Shown piece after piece: positions 17,560 through 27,188 of a stretch of DNA of 64,000 nucleotides; the first letter of the stretch is position 1, and each line of letters opens with the position of its first letter. The position numbers and the translations under genes were made by a program. A model generated the notes under the pieces. The model did not search any database, had not been told where the DNA came from, and saw only the letters and a list, made by a program, of their open reading frames with translations. Origin of the DNA: Oscillospiraceae bacterium (GTDB lineage Bacteria > Bacillota > Clostridia > Oscillospirales > Oscillospiraceae); assembly GCA_017432615.1 (NCBI GenBank), contig JAFRIV010000013.1, positions 32,689 to 96,688 on the forward strand, read 5' to 3'.

Positions 17560-19443
17560 TTATGCAAATTGCTTTTTTGAGGGATTTCCTTTTTTCTTTC
17601 TTTGCGCGAAAATCAAGACGATAAAAAAGACGGCTGAACCAATTCTTGTCCAGATATTGGGAATATAACCGCATACACCGGCAATTCCTGTTGCGATTCG
17701 AAGGACACCGTCAAGATTCGCAATGAAAAAACCGTAAAGGGAGGCTGCCACCATAGGAATAGCAATCAGACAGAATCCAATATCATAAAGAGCAGATAAA
17801 ACAGAAGCGTTGTGAATTAAAAGGCCGGGCAGATAATAGAAGGCAAATGGCAAAAAGAACAATGCGGCACTGTATTTTACCCCTTTGAACCCTGTTTTCA
17901 TCGGGTCTGCACCTGCTATAGAGGCTCCTGCAAAAGCGGAAACGCAGACAGGAGGAGTTACATTTGAAACTGCGCTAAACCAAAATGCAATTACGTTAGC
18001 GGTAACTACATCGATTCCTAATTTTACCAATCCCTGAACGACAATAAGTGACATCAGCACATAGGTTGCTGTTTGGGTGGCACCCATTCCTATAATTGCA
18101 CCGACAAGACCGGTAAGGCAGATTGCGATAAAAATACTTCCGTGAGACAGTGAAACAACGATTACTCCAAATTTCTGAGCAAGTCCGCCTAAAACGATTC
18201 CTCCCATAACGATGCCAAGACAGCCAATGGTACCACCGACAGAAATCTCGCTGCGACCTGCTTTCTCAAAAGCATCAATAAGCTTTTTGGGCGTCATCTT
18301 ATGTTCTTTCGTAAAAAAGCTGAAACCAATACATAGAACAATTGCCCAGAATGCGGCTTTATCTGCAGAATAGCCAAGACCGAGCACAACAAAGATTACG
18401 ATAATTGGGACAAAGAAGAACCAGCCTTCTTTAAAGGTCGCTTTTGCATCCGGGATTTCTTCATCCGGCAAACTTCCTATGTTGTCTCGTTTCGCTTTAT
18501 AGTGAACTGCCAAAGCGCACCAGTAATAATATAAAATTGCCGGGATGGCACAGATTAGAGCTATTCTGGCATAAGGAGTTTCCGTCATTGCAGCAAGAAG
18601 AAATGCACCAGCTCCCATAACGGGAGGAAGCATTTGCCCACCGGTTGAGGCGGCGGCTTCAATGGCACCTGCATCCTCAGGGGGAAAGCCGACTTTTTTC
18701 ATCATAGGGATCGTGAAAGCGCCGGTTGATACAACATTTGCTGAGGAACTCCCACTGATAGAACCAAACAAACCACTTGCTATAACGGCTACTTTTGCAG
18801 GACCTCCCGCCCATCCTTTTGTAAGTGCAAGAGCCATTTTGATAAAGAATTCTCCTGCTCCTGTGTACTCCATAAAAGCACCCATTATTACAAAAGGAAG
18901 TACATATACACTAAACGTATTACAAATCGTTCCGAAAATAGCCTGATCTGTTCTATACATGAAATCGACGATACGGAATAGTGAAAAACCTTTATTTGCA
19001 AATACTCCGGGCATATAGGGACCGAAATATAATTGGACAGAAAAAACCAGAGCAATAATCGGAATGATCCAGCCAATTACGCGCCTGCAACTTTCCATTA
19101 CAAGGATAATCGCAATAATTCCTAAATAAAAGTCCGTCATATTGGCCTGACCTTTTCGCGCGATGGCATATTCTCTGTAAGTTACAGCCCAGTATAAAAA
19201 CACAAAGATAGCGGCTGCACACGCTATAAGATCATACCAGGGGACTTTCTTTTGCCCGCCGTGTCCCCTCTTTACGGGATACAGCATAAAAGCCATCAAG
19301 ACATTTCCCAATAAATACAGAGATCGAGACATCTGTGTGGATAAAATTCTGATTCCTGAATGTACAAAAAAAGTTGCAGTAAATAGGATAGCCACAAGAG
19401 AGAAGGCTATTTTATAAACGCCTTCAAGTTGTCGTGTTTTCAT
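17560..19443 (-). CDS. TRAP transporter fused permease (TAXI-type)
   Basis: 627 aa with more than 15 TM segments. It pairs with the adjacent TAXI solute receptor. Confidence 0.8.
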   Translation of the reverse strand: MKTRQLEGVYKIAFSLVAILFTATFFVHSGIRILSTQMSRSLYLLGNVLMAFMLYPVKRGHGGQKKVPWYDLIACAAAIFVFLYWAVTYREYAIARKGQANMTDFYLGIIAIILVMESCRRVIGWIIPIIALVFSVQLYFGPYMPGVFANKGFSLFRIVDFMYRTDQAIFGTICNTFSVYVLPFVIMGAFMEYTGAGEFFIKMALALTKGWAGGPAKVAVIASGLFGSISGSSSANVVSTGAFTIPMMKKVGFPPEDAGAIEAAASTGGQMLPPVMGAGAFLLAAMTETPYARIALICAIPAILYYYWCALAVHYKAKRDNIGSLPDEEIPDAKATFKEGWFFFVPIIVIFVVLGLGYSADKAAFWAIVLCIGFSFFTKEHKMTPKKLIDAFEKAGRSEISVGGTIGCLGIVMGGIVLGGLAQKFGVIVVSLSHGSIFIAICLTGLVGAIIGMGATQTATYVLMSLIVVQGLVKLGIDVVTANVIAFWFSAVSNVTPPVCVSAFAGASIAGADPMKTGFKGVKYSAALFFLPFAFYYLPGLLIHNASVLSALYDIGFCLIAIPMVAASLYGFFIANLDGVLRIATGIAGVCGYIPNIWTRIGSAVFFIVLIFAQRKKKGNPSKKQFA

Positions 19444-19571
19444 CCAACTGACCTTTCTTAGATGTAAGAATAGAACTAATTATCAAATAAATGTTTGCCT
19501 TATATTATGTAGTAGGTAGAGAAGTTGCGCCCCTTTCGAGGCGCATTTCAAAGAAGCACAATTACTTTATA

Positions 19572-20540
19572 TTAGTTAGCGCAATACTCAGGATGGTCAG
19601 CATAGAAGCTTTTTACACCGGGGTGAATCTCAAGACCAAGAGATTCGAATGCTTCGGAATCTTCAACGAACTGGAGCCAGTTCTTATGTCCGGTGCCAAG
19701 CGTTTCAATTACCCCAGGCTGGTAGATCGCTTCCATGATTTTGTACATAACATCATCAGGAACATTGCTGTTGCAGATCACATAGACTGTGAAGTTGGGG
19801 AGAAGTACATCTTCGGTCATTCCCTGATAGGTGTCCTTGGACATATAATTACTGAAGAACCAGGGGTATGCGGCAACGAGCTGATCGATCTCTTCCTCGG
19901 TGAACGGGATAATCACGATAGAGTCTGTAGCTGCAAGCTCTGTCAATGCACCTGAGGGGGAACCGGATTGGCAGACAGCATCAACACGGCCCTCTTTCAT
20001 AGCTGCAGCACCGTCAGAGAAGGAAATATACTCTCTCTTGCAGTCGATACCGAAAACATCCAAAACGATATCAGCCACATACTGTGTACCGGATCCTGCA
20101 TTTCCACACGCGACGGTTTTACCATTGAGGTCACTGAGGGAAGTAATATTTGATTTTGCAAGAGAAACAAAATAGAAGTCGGAATCATAGCCCTTGGCAA
20201 TCCCTTTGATATTTTGGGCCTGATCGGTATACTGATTGTTCTCAAAATTTCCGGTACCGGTGGCTGCTTCATAAACGATAGCACCGTAGGTCAGAGCCAG
20301 ATCAAATTCTCCCGTAGCAGTCTTAATGGCGTTATCAACAGCCGCGCCCGAAGTTACATTTGTGATATTGACACCATCTACCAACGGAGTGATCGTATCA
20401 GCGAATGCACCGGCCATATAATACATCATACCGCCGGAAGAACTCCCGCCGAAGGACATCTGAAGATCAACCGCTGAAGCCGAAACACCAATCGCCACCA
20501 GCATCAGCACTGCGAGGAATAAAGAAACCGCTTTTTTCAT
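19572..20540 (-). CDS. TAXI-family TRAP transporter solute-binding protein
   Basis: 322 aa with a signal peptide, GGSSSGGMMYYMAGAFAD, and C-terminal ...LEIHPGVKSFY, a TAXI hallmark. Confidence 0.8.
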   Translation of the reverse strand: MKKAVSLFLAVLMLVAIGVSASAVDLQMSFGGSSSGGMMYYMAGAFADTITPLVDGVNITNVTSGAAVDNAIKTATGEFDLALTYGAIVYEAATGTGNFENNQYTDQAQNIKGIAKGYDSDFYFVSLAKSNITSLSDLNGKTVACGNAGSGTQYVADIVLDVFGIDCKREYISFSDGAAAMKEGRVDAVCQSGSPSGALTELAATDSIVIIPFTEEEIDQLVAAYPWFFSNYMSKDTYQGMTEDVLLPNFTVYVICNSNVPDDVMYKIMEAIYQPGVIETLGTGHKNWLQFVEDSEAFESLGLEIHPGVKSFYADHPEYCAN

Positions 20541-20569
20541 GATAGGAACTCCTTTTCAAAAAAGTATTG

Positions 20570-20587
20570 TGTATACAATATGTATAC
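20570..20587. promoter_or_regulatory. two adjacent TGTATAC(A) half-palindromes, candidate GntR/FadR-type operator
   Basis: TGTATACA at 20570-20577 and TGTATAC at 20581-20587, about 30 nt upstream of the TAXI gene start. The sequence fits the nGT-N-ACn operator logic. Confidence 0.4.
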
Positions 20588-20725
20588 GAGATAAATAAAG
20601 GATATCTCACATCCCTATACTTGTCAACACTTTATTTTATATTCTCTGATATGCACAAAAATTATCACTGGAATTTGTGCAAAATAACCAAACTATAAAA
20701 CCGTTACAGAAAAAACAACAGAAAG

Positions 20726-20737
20726 AATGTATACATT
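20726..20737. promoter_or_regulatory. perfect 12-bp palindrome AATGTATACATT, candidate GntR operator
   Basis: Read directly. It has the same TGTATACA core as 20570-20587 and lies in the divergent intergenic region. Confidence 0.4.
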
Positions 20738-20847
20738 ACATCGTAAAAATCTGCGAATATCAGCGTTGATAGTTCCTTTTAAACAATTCTTGTGTTATAA
20801 TCATTAAGGAATAAACTTCTTTAGAAATCTCATAAGAGGATATAAGT

Positions 20848-21552
20848 ATGGATAGCAAGCAAAAATTGAGTGATATAGCGCATGCACAATTAAAGGGAAT
20901 GATCCTTAATAATCAATTCCGCCCGGGGGAACATCTGGAAGAGACTGTATTATGCGACATGCTGAGCGTAAGCCGTACTCCTCTTAGAGAAGCCATTAAC
21001 AGGTTGGTAAATGAAAACCTGCTGATCGCAGTACCGCAAAAGGGAATATTTGTTCCGGAAATGAGCGTACAGAACATTGCAGATCTGTTCCGGGCGAGAA
21101 AACTTATTGAGCCAATGGTAATCATGCTAAGCGCTCCTAATCTTGACCATGCTGTTTTGATTGAGTTTAAAGAAAAAACAGAAAAAATGATTGTGGATCA
21201 GGATATCAGTGCGCTGCATTCTCTGGACTATGACTTTCACAGCTATATCAATAATAACTGCGGGAATCAGTATATTTTTCAAAGTGTCTCCTTTATTACG
21301 GATCAGTTTCAGCGTGTCAGGACACAGAACTTTTTCCCGGTTGAACGCTCTATAAACGGGGCAAAGGAGCATCTTGTTATTATAGATACTATCTTAAAAG
21401 CGGAGTATTCAGCATTGCCTGACCTGATGCTGAACCATATTACCAGTACAGAGACGTACTATTTCAGAAAACTTCTGGAGAACAGTGTCGCAGAAAGTAA
21501 TATTGAATACCTGAAGAGGAATCCGATACTGACGGGAAGCCGACAGGTCTAA
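20848..21552 (+). CDS. GntR-family transcriptional regulator (FadR/FCD subfamily)
   Basis: 234 aa. wHTH LCDMLSVSRTPLREAINRLVNENLL plus an all-helical C-terminal domain. Confidence 0.85.
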   Translation: MDSKQKLSDIAHAQLKGMILNNQFRPGEHLEETVLCDMLSVSRTPLREAINRLVNENLLIAVPQKGIFVPEMSVQNIADLFRARKLIEPMVIMLSAPNLDHAVLIEFKEKTEKMIVDQDISALHSLDYDFHSYINNNCGNQYIFQSVSFITDQFQRVRTQNFFPVERSINGAKEHLVIIDTILKAEYSALPDLMLNHITSTETYYFRKLLENSVAESNIEYLKRNPILTGSRQV

Positions 21553-21602
21553 TCGGGAAAAACGGGGGACAGTTGAAAACAATCCCATTCTAATCAAAAA
21601 AT

Positions 21603-21649
21603 AAAACAGGGATTTCGGAGCGTTTCTTTTGCTCTGAAATCCCTGTTTT
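21603..21649. terminator. bidirectional terminator
   Basis: AAAACAGGGATTTCGGAGC pairs with GCTCTGAAATCCCTGTTTT. Confidence 0.75.
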
Positions 21650-21688
21650 GCAGATGCTGCAGAAATAATGCTGACTGGAGGTGCGGAG

Positions 21689-22207
21689 CTAAACTTTGCA
21701 GATATAGCCGGCTTTTCTTGGGGCAGGGTCTGCTGCAGGCTTGGCTGCATAGCCGATTACCAGATGGCCGATTCCTTCATAATCGCCCTCAATGCCGAGT
21801 TCTTTCAGGATGGCTTTGCCTTCTTCGCTTTCAAATTCTTCTTTAGCCCGGTGGATCCAGCAGCTTGCCACACCCAGATCTGCAGCGGCATTCATCAGGT
21901 TGCCCATAACAAGGCTTCCGTCATAAATGTAGGTGGGGACGGCTTTATTTGCCAGAACTACCAGCACTTCCGGCGCGCCATAGAAAGGGTCTGAATCCGT
22001 TCCGAGAATGGCTGCATTCATTTTGGAAAGCTTATCCCGCATTTCTCTGTCTGTTACGGTAAGAATGATCGGAGACTGTTTCCCCATTCCGGTTGCAGCA
22101 TAAGTTCCCGCTTCGAGGATGGCATTCAGTTTGTCCTCTTCAATGAGGTCCGGTTTGAAAGCGCGGCAGCTCCGCCGGGTCTTCAGCGTGGTCAGTGTTT
22201 CAGCCAT
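21689..22207 (-). CDS. nitroreductase family protein
   Basis: 172 aa. LKTRRSCRAFKPD N-terminal signature. Confidence 0.8.
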   Translation of the reverse strand: MAETLTTLKTRRSCRAFKPDLIEEDKLNAILEAGTYAATGMGKQSPIILTVTDREMRDKLSKMNAAILGTDSDPFYGAPEVLVVLANKAVPTYIYDGSLVMGNLMNAAADLGVASCWIHRAKEEFESEEGKAILKELGIEGDYEGIGHLVIGYAAKPAADPAPRKAGYICKV

Positions 22208-22289
22208 TGTTGTATCCCCCTAAAATAAAATTGACAGTCTTCATGGCTGCTTACGGCGGCAACTGATGAATAAACTTAGCTGTGGGCGC

Positions 22290-23396
22290 TCACTTTATCA
22301 GCAGTTCATTCCAATCTGCAAAAACGGCGGGTCGTTCGCAAACGGTTTCCGTTTTGTGTGCCTGTCCGGTTTCTCCGCTTTTAATAATCTGCTCAACAAT
22401 GTCAAGCACATGGCAGGCCATTTCCTTGGAGGCGAGATGAGAGCCACCCGTGCAGATGCATCTTGCCATGTCAGCCGGGCCAAGTCCGCGGCAGTTTTCA
22501 GACAAGGGAGATACGGGAGAGAGCGTCTCCCATTCGTGTGCCGCTATCTCATTTTTCATAAAACGGATCTCTCCGCCGAACTGATTGGCATCGCCAAGCA
22601 GGAGGATTCCCTTTGTCCCCTGAATGCTGAAGTATGCCTGATCCGGGAAAGCACTGTCTCCGTTGAGAGAAAAGGTGCCTGTAATGCCAGACCTGGTGGT
22701 GAGAAGCGCATTGACCTGAGATTCGTTATCATAAACATATTCCAGGCCATATTCCGGGTGGTCAGGAAGCACATTTTTCCGTATTCTGCGGTAATTTCCG
22801 ACTTTTGCGTAAACCTCTTCCACCGGCCCGAGAAGGGAACAGAGTGCCGTGAGATAATACACGCCATAGTCATAGCAGATACCTCCCCCGGGCAGGCGCA
22901 GAAAGGGAAACATACTGGCAAGTGCAGTCAGGTCTCTGTTTGCAACAATGTGAAAAGAGGTGATCTCTCCGGCAAGACCGTCGTCCAGAGCTTTGCGGGC
23001 GGTCTGGAGAGCGCTTCCCAGAAAAGTCTCCGGAGCACAGCTAAGGCGCAGATTCTTTCCGTTCGCCAGGGACAGCAATTCTTTCGCCTGCTGCAGATCT
23101 GTAGCGATCGGTTTTTCCGAATAAACATGCTTTCCGGCGAGGAGGGCTTTTTTGATAAGCGCGTAGTGTGTCGGCGCAGGCGTCAGCACAACGATGAGCT
23201 CTACTTCCGGATCCTTCAGAATCTCGTCGGTGTCTGCTGCCCGAATTTGGTAACGGGCGGCTTTAGCCTCTGCCCGTTCACGGTGTTTTGCACAGCAGGC
23301 CACCACCTCAACAGAGGAGTATTTCCCTGTCATATTGGTGAGATAGATGTCGCTGATGGCGCCGCAGCCGATAACGGCAGTCTTTACAGGCTTCAT
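22290..23396 (-). CDS. Gfo/Idh/MocA family oxidoreductase
   Basis: 368 aa. N-terminal VKTAVIGCGAISDIY Rossmann motif and the EKP motif (YSEKPIA). Confidence 0.8.
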   Translation of the reverse strand: MKPVKTAVIGCGAISDIYLTNMTGKYSSVEVVACCAKHRERAEAKAARYQIRAADTDEILKDPEVELIVVLTPAPTHYALIKKALLAGKHVYSEKPIATDLQQAKELLSLANGKNLRLSCAPETFLGSALQTARKALDDGLAGEITSFHIVANRDLTALASMFPFLRLPGGGICYDYGVYYLTALCSLLGPVEEVYAKVGNYRRIRKNVLPDHPEYGLEYVYDNESQVNALLTTRSGITGTFSLNGDSAFPDQAYFSIQGTKGILLLGDANQFGGEIRFMKNEIAAHEWETLSPVSPLSENCRGLGPADMARCICTGGSHLASKEMACHVLDIVEQIIKSGETGQAHKTETVCERPAVFADWNELLIK

Positions 23397-23434
23397 CGGT
23401 ATTTCTCCTGCACGATTATGACACGGAAAGTGTA

Positions 23435-24436
23435 CTATCGTTCCTCTCGGAAGTAGGCAAGGCCGAGAGATGCGGGGGGCTGGTTTTCCCGTTTGTTTCG
23501 CATGCTTGTAAGGATCAGCACAACGACCGTCATCACATAGGGGATCATTTTATACAATTCCTTTAATTCCATATGCTCCATTGTGGTGGGGAGATAGAGA
23601 TAAAGGATATACAGCCCGCCAAACAGGAAGGAGGACCAAATACCGGTGCCCGGACGCCAGATCGCAAAGATCACGAGTGCAATGGCAAGCCAGCCTCTGT
23701 CACCGAAAGCATCGTTGCTCCAGACGCCGCAGGCGTAATCCATTACGTAATAAAGGCCGCCGAGACCGGCAATCATGCAGCCGATGCAGGTCGCCATATA
23801 TTTATAACGGGAAATATTGATGCCTGCTGCATCTGCTGTGGCAGGACTTTCCCCGACGGCGCGAAGATGCAGTCCGACTCGTGTCTTTTTCAGAAGGTAA
23901 GAGGAAATCAATGCCAGAAGCACCGCAATATAGGCCAGGAAGCTGTAAGAGAGGAACAGCTTTCCAAACCACCCCAGAGAAGAAGCAAAGGGAAGCGCGG
24001 TTTTATAAACAAGACTTGTGCGGGACAGCACGACAGACGTCATAGAGGATTTGGAGAGCTTGATCAGGGAACCGCCGAAGAAATTGCCGAAACCAACGCC
24101 GAAGGTCGTCATGGCAAGGCCGGTAACATTCTGGTTGGAACGGAGCGTGACGGTCAAAAAACAGTAAAGAAGCCCCATCAGCAGAGATCCGGCAAGGCAG
24201 CACAGAAGCGGGATCAGCAGAGCAAGGAAATTGCTGAACTGACCGGATGCCGCAGCGGACTGTTCATAGAAGAATGAACCGATGACGCCGCAGATCCCGC
24301 CGACATACATGACACCGGGAATCCCAAGGTTGAGGTTTCCGGATTTTTCCGTCAGGATCTCTCCGGTACAGCCGAAAATCAGAGGGATCCCCTGGACGAT
24401 GGCACGGGGAATAAACGTGGAAAGAAAACCAAACAT
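23435..24436 (-). CDS. ABC transporter permease (BMP/nucleoside type, second permease)
   Basis: 333 aa polytopic protein in an operon with the BMP binding protein. Confidence 0.8.
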   Translation of the reverse strand: MFGFLSTFIPRAIVQGIPLIFGCTGEILTEKSGNLNLGIPGVMYVGGICGVIGSFFYEQSAAASGQFSNFLALLIPLLCCLAGSLLMGLLYCFLTVTLRSNQNVTGLAMTTFGVGFGNFFGGSLIKLSKSSMTSVVLSRTSLVYKTALPFASSLGWFGKLFLSYSFLAYIAVLLALISSYLLKKTRVGLHLRAVGESPATADAAGINISRYKYMATCIGCMIAGLGGLYYVMDYACGVWSNDAFGDRGWLAIALVIFAIWRPGTGIWSSFLFGGLYILYLYLPTTMEHMELKELYKMIPYVMTVVVLILTSMRNKRENQPPASLGLAYFREER

Positions 24437-24442
24437 AGTTAC

Positions 24443-25534
24443 TCAGCCCTCCTTTGCCCTGGCACTGCTGCGAAAGCTGATCGAGTATCGGATAAAGAAT
24501 TCACAGCCGATAATAAAGAAGATAATGATTCCGGTAAGGATGTCGGAAAAAGAGGTATTCAGGCTGAAAGAAGTTGCAATCTCACTGGCTCCGCGGTTCA
24601 GAAAAACCAAAAGGAAACTGGTGAGGATCATGGTGAAGGGATTAAAATGAGACATCCAGCTGACCATAACGGCTGTAAATCCACGGCCTCCGGCCAGCGT
24701 AGTTGTGAGGGTGTGATTAACACCGGCGACAAGGATCAGCCCGACCAGCCCGCAGACGCCGCCGGAAAGAAGAAGCGTGCGGATCATAACGCGGTCGACC
24801 TTGATGCCGATGTAGCGGGCAGTCCGCTCACTCTCACCGACGACGGCGATCTCATAGCCGTGCTTGGTGTAATTCAGATAAATATAGGTAACGATTGTCA
24901 TTACCAGGGCAACAAGAATCGGGAGAAGATATTTATTGCCGATATGGATCCAGCCGAATTCTGTTGCATTGTTGATAATACCGATCGTACCGGAGCCTTT
25001 CGGGTTTTCCCAGACAATGGCGAAGCAGGCGACCAGCTGTGTGGCAATATAGTTCATCATCAACGTGAACAGGGTATCGTTGGTATTCCACTTTGCTTTG
25101 AAGAAAGCGGGAATTGCCGCCCAGACAGCCCCGCAAAAAATACTGGTGACCGACATGGCAACAATAAGGAACCATTCCGGAACTTTTCCTGTCAGGTTGA
25201 TCATACAGGCGGCAGCTGCCCAGGCGCCGATCAGGACCTGCCCTTCCCCGCCGACATTCCAGAACCGCATTTTAAAAGCAGGGGTAACGGCCAGTGCAAT
25301 CAGCAGAAGGACCGAAGTATTCTGCATGGTGACCCAGGTTTTTCGCGTGGAGCCGAACGCTCCTTTGATAACTGCCCGGAACACATCAAGCGGATTGAGC
25401 TTTGTTACCAGGATCGTGACAAGGCTGCAGACGGCAAGTGCCAGCAGGATTGCGATCAGGCGGATCCCGATCACTTTGTACAAGGGGAGATCATCGCGTT
25501 TGACGATATGAAAAACCGGTTCTTTGGATTTCAT
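24443..25534 (-). CDS. ABC transporter permease (BMP/nucleoside type, first permease)
   Basis: 363 aa polytopic protein. Confidence 0.8.
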   Translation of the reverse strand: MKSKEPVFHIVKRDDLPLYKVIGIRLIAILLALAVCSLVTILVTKLNPLDVFRAVIKGAFGSTRKTWVTMQNTSVLLLIALAVTPAFKMRFWNVGGEGQVLIGAWAAAACMINLTGKVPEWFLIVAMSVTSIFCGAVWAAIPAFFKAKWNTNDTLFTLMMNYIATQLVACFAIVWENPKGSGTIGIINNATEFGWIHIGNKYLLPILVALVMTIVTYIYLNYTKHGYEIAVVGESERTARYIGIKVDRVMIRTLLLSGGVCGLVGLILVAGVNHTLTTTLAGGRGFTAVMVSWMSHFNPFTMILTSFLLVFLNRGASEIATSFSLNTSFSDILTGIIIFFIIGCEFFIRYSISFRSSARAKEG

Positions 25535-27096
25535 GCTTCACCTCCAAGAGACGTCATCATTCTGCCAATCTGCATTTTTTCTGCTTTACGGCCATCGACG
25601 ATCCCGCTGACTTTCCCGCCGCAAAGGACGAGAATGCGGTCACACAGTTCAAGCAGGACATCCAGATCTTCCCCTACGTATAAAACGCCGACACCGTTTT
25701 GTTTCTGCTTGTTCAGCAGGTCATAGATCACATACGACGAATTGACATCCAGCCCACGCACGGCATATGCCGTGAGAAGGATGGAAGGGGCAGAGGCAAT
25801 CTCCCTTCCGACAAGAACTTTCTGCACATTGCCGCCGGAAAGACGGCGTACCGGCGTGGAGATACCCGGGGTCACCACTTCCAAATCATGCACAACGTGT
25901 TCCGCCAGATCGTGAGGCGCTTTCCGATCCGTCAGGAAGGAATGACCGCGCCGAAAAGAGCGAAGCATCATGTTATCTGCCAGATCCATATTGGCTACGA
26001 GGCCCATGCCGAGACGGTCTTCCGGGACAAAGGAGAGGGCGACTCCCTTTTGCCGGATCTCCAGAGGATCCTTCCCGAGAAGCTCATCCAGACTGCCGTC
26101 ATCTTCAACATATTGGATCGAACCGGACTCCGCCTTTTGCAGCCCGGCAATAGCCTCCAGCAGCTCCTTCTGCCCGCAGCCGGAAATACCGGCGATACCG
26201 AGGATCTCCCCGCTGTTGAGGGTGAAGGAGACATGGTCCAGTTTCAAGATACCATCCGGAGAACGGACGGACAAATCCTTTACCTCCAGCCGAGGCTTTG
26301 AATTGACAGGATCCGGCCTTTCAATATTCAGTTTTACCGCATGGCCCACCATCATGTTGGTCATTTCACCGGGGGTCGTATCTTTTGTCAGCATATCGCC
26401 CACAAACTGCCCCTTGCGGAGAATGGCTACCCGGTCAGAGATTTCCTCCACTTCGTGGAGCTTATGGGTAATAATGACGATCGCTTTTCCGTCGGAACGC
26501 ATATTGCGAAGCACAGCAAAAAGTTTGTCTGTTTCCTGAGGAGTGAGCACGGCAGTAGGCTCATCAAGAATCAGAATGTTTGCATTACGGTAAAGAACTT
26601 TCACGATCTCCACGGTCTGTTTTTGAGAAACAGACATGTCGTAGATCTTCTGGTCAGGATTGACATCGAAGCCGTAACGGCTGCAAATGTCACGGATCTT
26701 TGCAGAGGAGGCGGCGATGTCAAACGGCTCTTCCAAACCGAGAACAATGTTTTCAGCGGCAGTCAGTACATCCACCAGTTTGAAGTGCTGATGGACCATA
26801 CCGATACCGAGAGCAAAAGCATCTTTCGGAGAGCGGATCACAACCGGCTGCCCGTTCACTTCAATTGTTCCCTCGTCCGGGAAATAAATGCCCGAGAGCA
26901 TATTCATCAGGGTGGTTTTCCCGCTCCCGTTTTCCCCGAGAATAGAGAGAATCTCTCCGGGATAAATATCCAGCCAGACTTTATCATTTGCAAGCACCTT
27001 TGCGCCGAAACGCTTGGTGATATTTCTCATTTTTACAATAGGGATGTTATTCGATTCCAAAATAAGCCTCCGTTGCATATTACAGGTGTGTGTCAC
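25531..27096 (-). CDS. ABC transporter ATP-binding protein with duplicated ABC domains
   Basis: About 520 aa. Walker A GENGSGKTT, a second domain GISGCGQKE, and LSGGNVQK. The exact start is uncertain (several in-frame Met codons near the N-terminus). Confidence 0.85.
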   Translation of the reverse strand: MTHTCNMQRRLILESNNIPIVKMRNITKRFGAKVLANDKVWLDIYPGEILSILGENGSGKTTLMNMLSGIYFPDEGTIEVNGQPVVIRSPKDAFALGIGMVHQHFKLVDVLTAAENIVLGLEEPFDIAASSAKIRDICSRYGFDVNPDQKIYDMSVSQKQTVEIVKVLYRNANILILDEPTAVLTPQETDKLFAVLRNMRSDGKAIVIITHKLHEVEEISDRVAILRKGQFVGDMLTKDTTPGEMTNMMVGHAVKLNIERPDPVNSKPRLEVKDLSVRSPDGILKLDHVSFTLNSGEILGIAGISGCGQKELLEAIAGLQKAESGSIQYVEDDGSLDELLGKDPLEIRQKGVALSFVPEDRLGMGLVANMDLADNMMLRSFRRGHSFLTDRKAPHDLAEHVVHDLEVVTPGISTPVRRLSGGNVQKVLVGREIASAPSILLTAYAVRGLDVNSSYVIYDLLNKQKQNGVGVLYVGEDLDVLLELCDRILVLCGGKVSGIVDGRKAEKMQIGRMMTSLGGEA

Positions 27097-27132
27097 CGGC
27101 GGAATGAAAACAGCATATCAGAGATGAAAAGA

Positions 27133-27160
27133 AAAGCTCCGGGGAAAAAGCCGGAGCTTT
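27133..27160 (-). terminator. intra-operon hairpin after the binding-protein gene (partial terminator / mRNA stabiliser)
   Basis: AAAGCTCCGG pairs with CCGGAGCTTT and is followed on the minus strand by UCUUUUC. Confidence 0.5.
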
Positions 27161-27188
27161 AAAAACAGTCTTTTCTATAAACTTTTAA

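Noticed and set aside
22266-23456. 396-aa plus-strand ORF
   Set aside because: It is antisense to the Gfo/Idh/MocA oxidoreductase (22290..23396), which has clear Rossmann and EKP motifs. The plus-strand product is Arg/Cys-rich with no recognisable domain.
24647-25726. 359-aa plus-strand ORF, together with 27285..28364, 9362..10303, 31575..32696 and 36107..37531
   Set aside because: All are antisense shadows of well-supported genes (ABC permease, BMP binding protein, phosphodiester glycosidase-like protein, 2-hydroxyacid dehydrogenase, dnaE). None has an RBS or family motifs.
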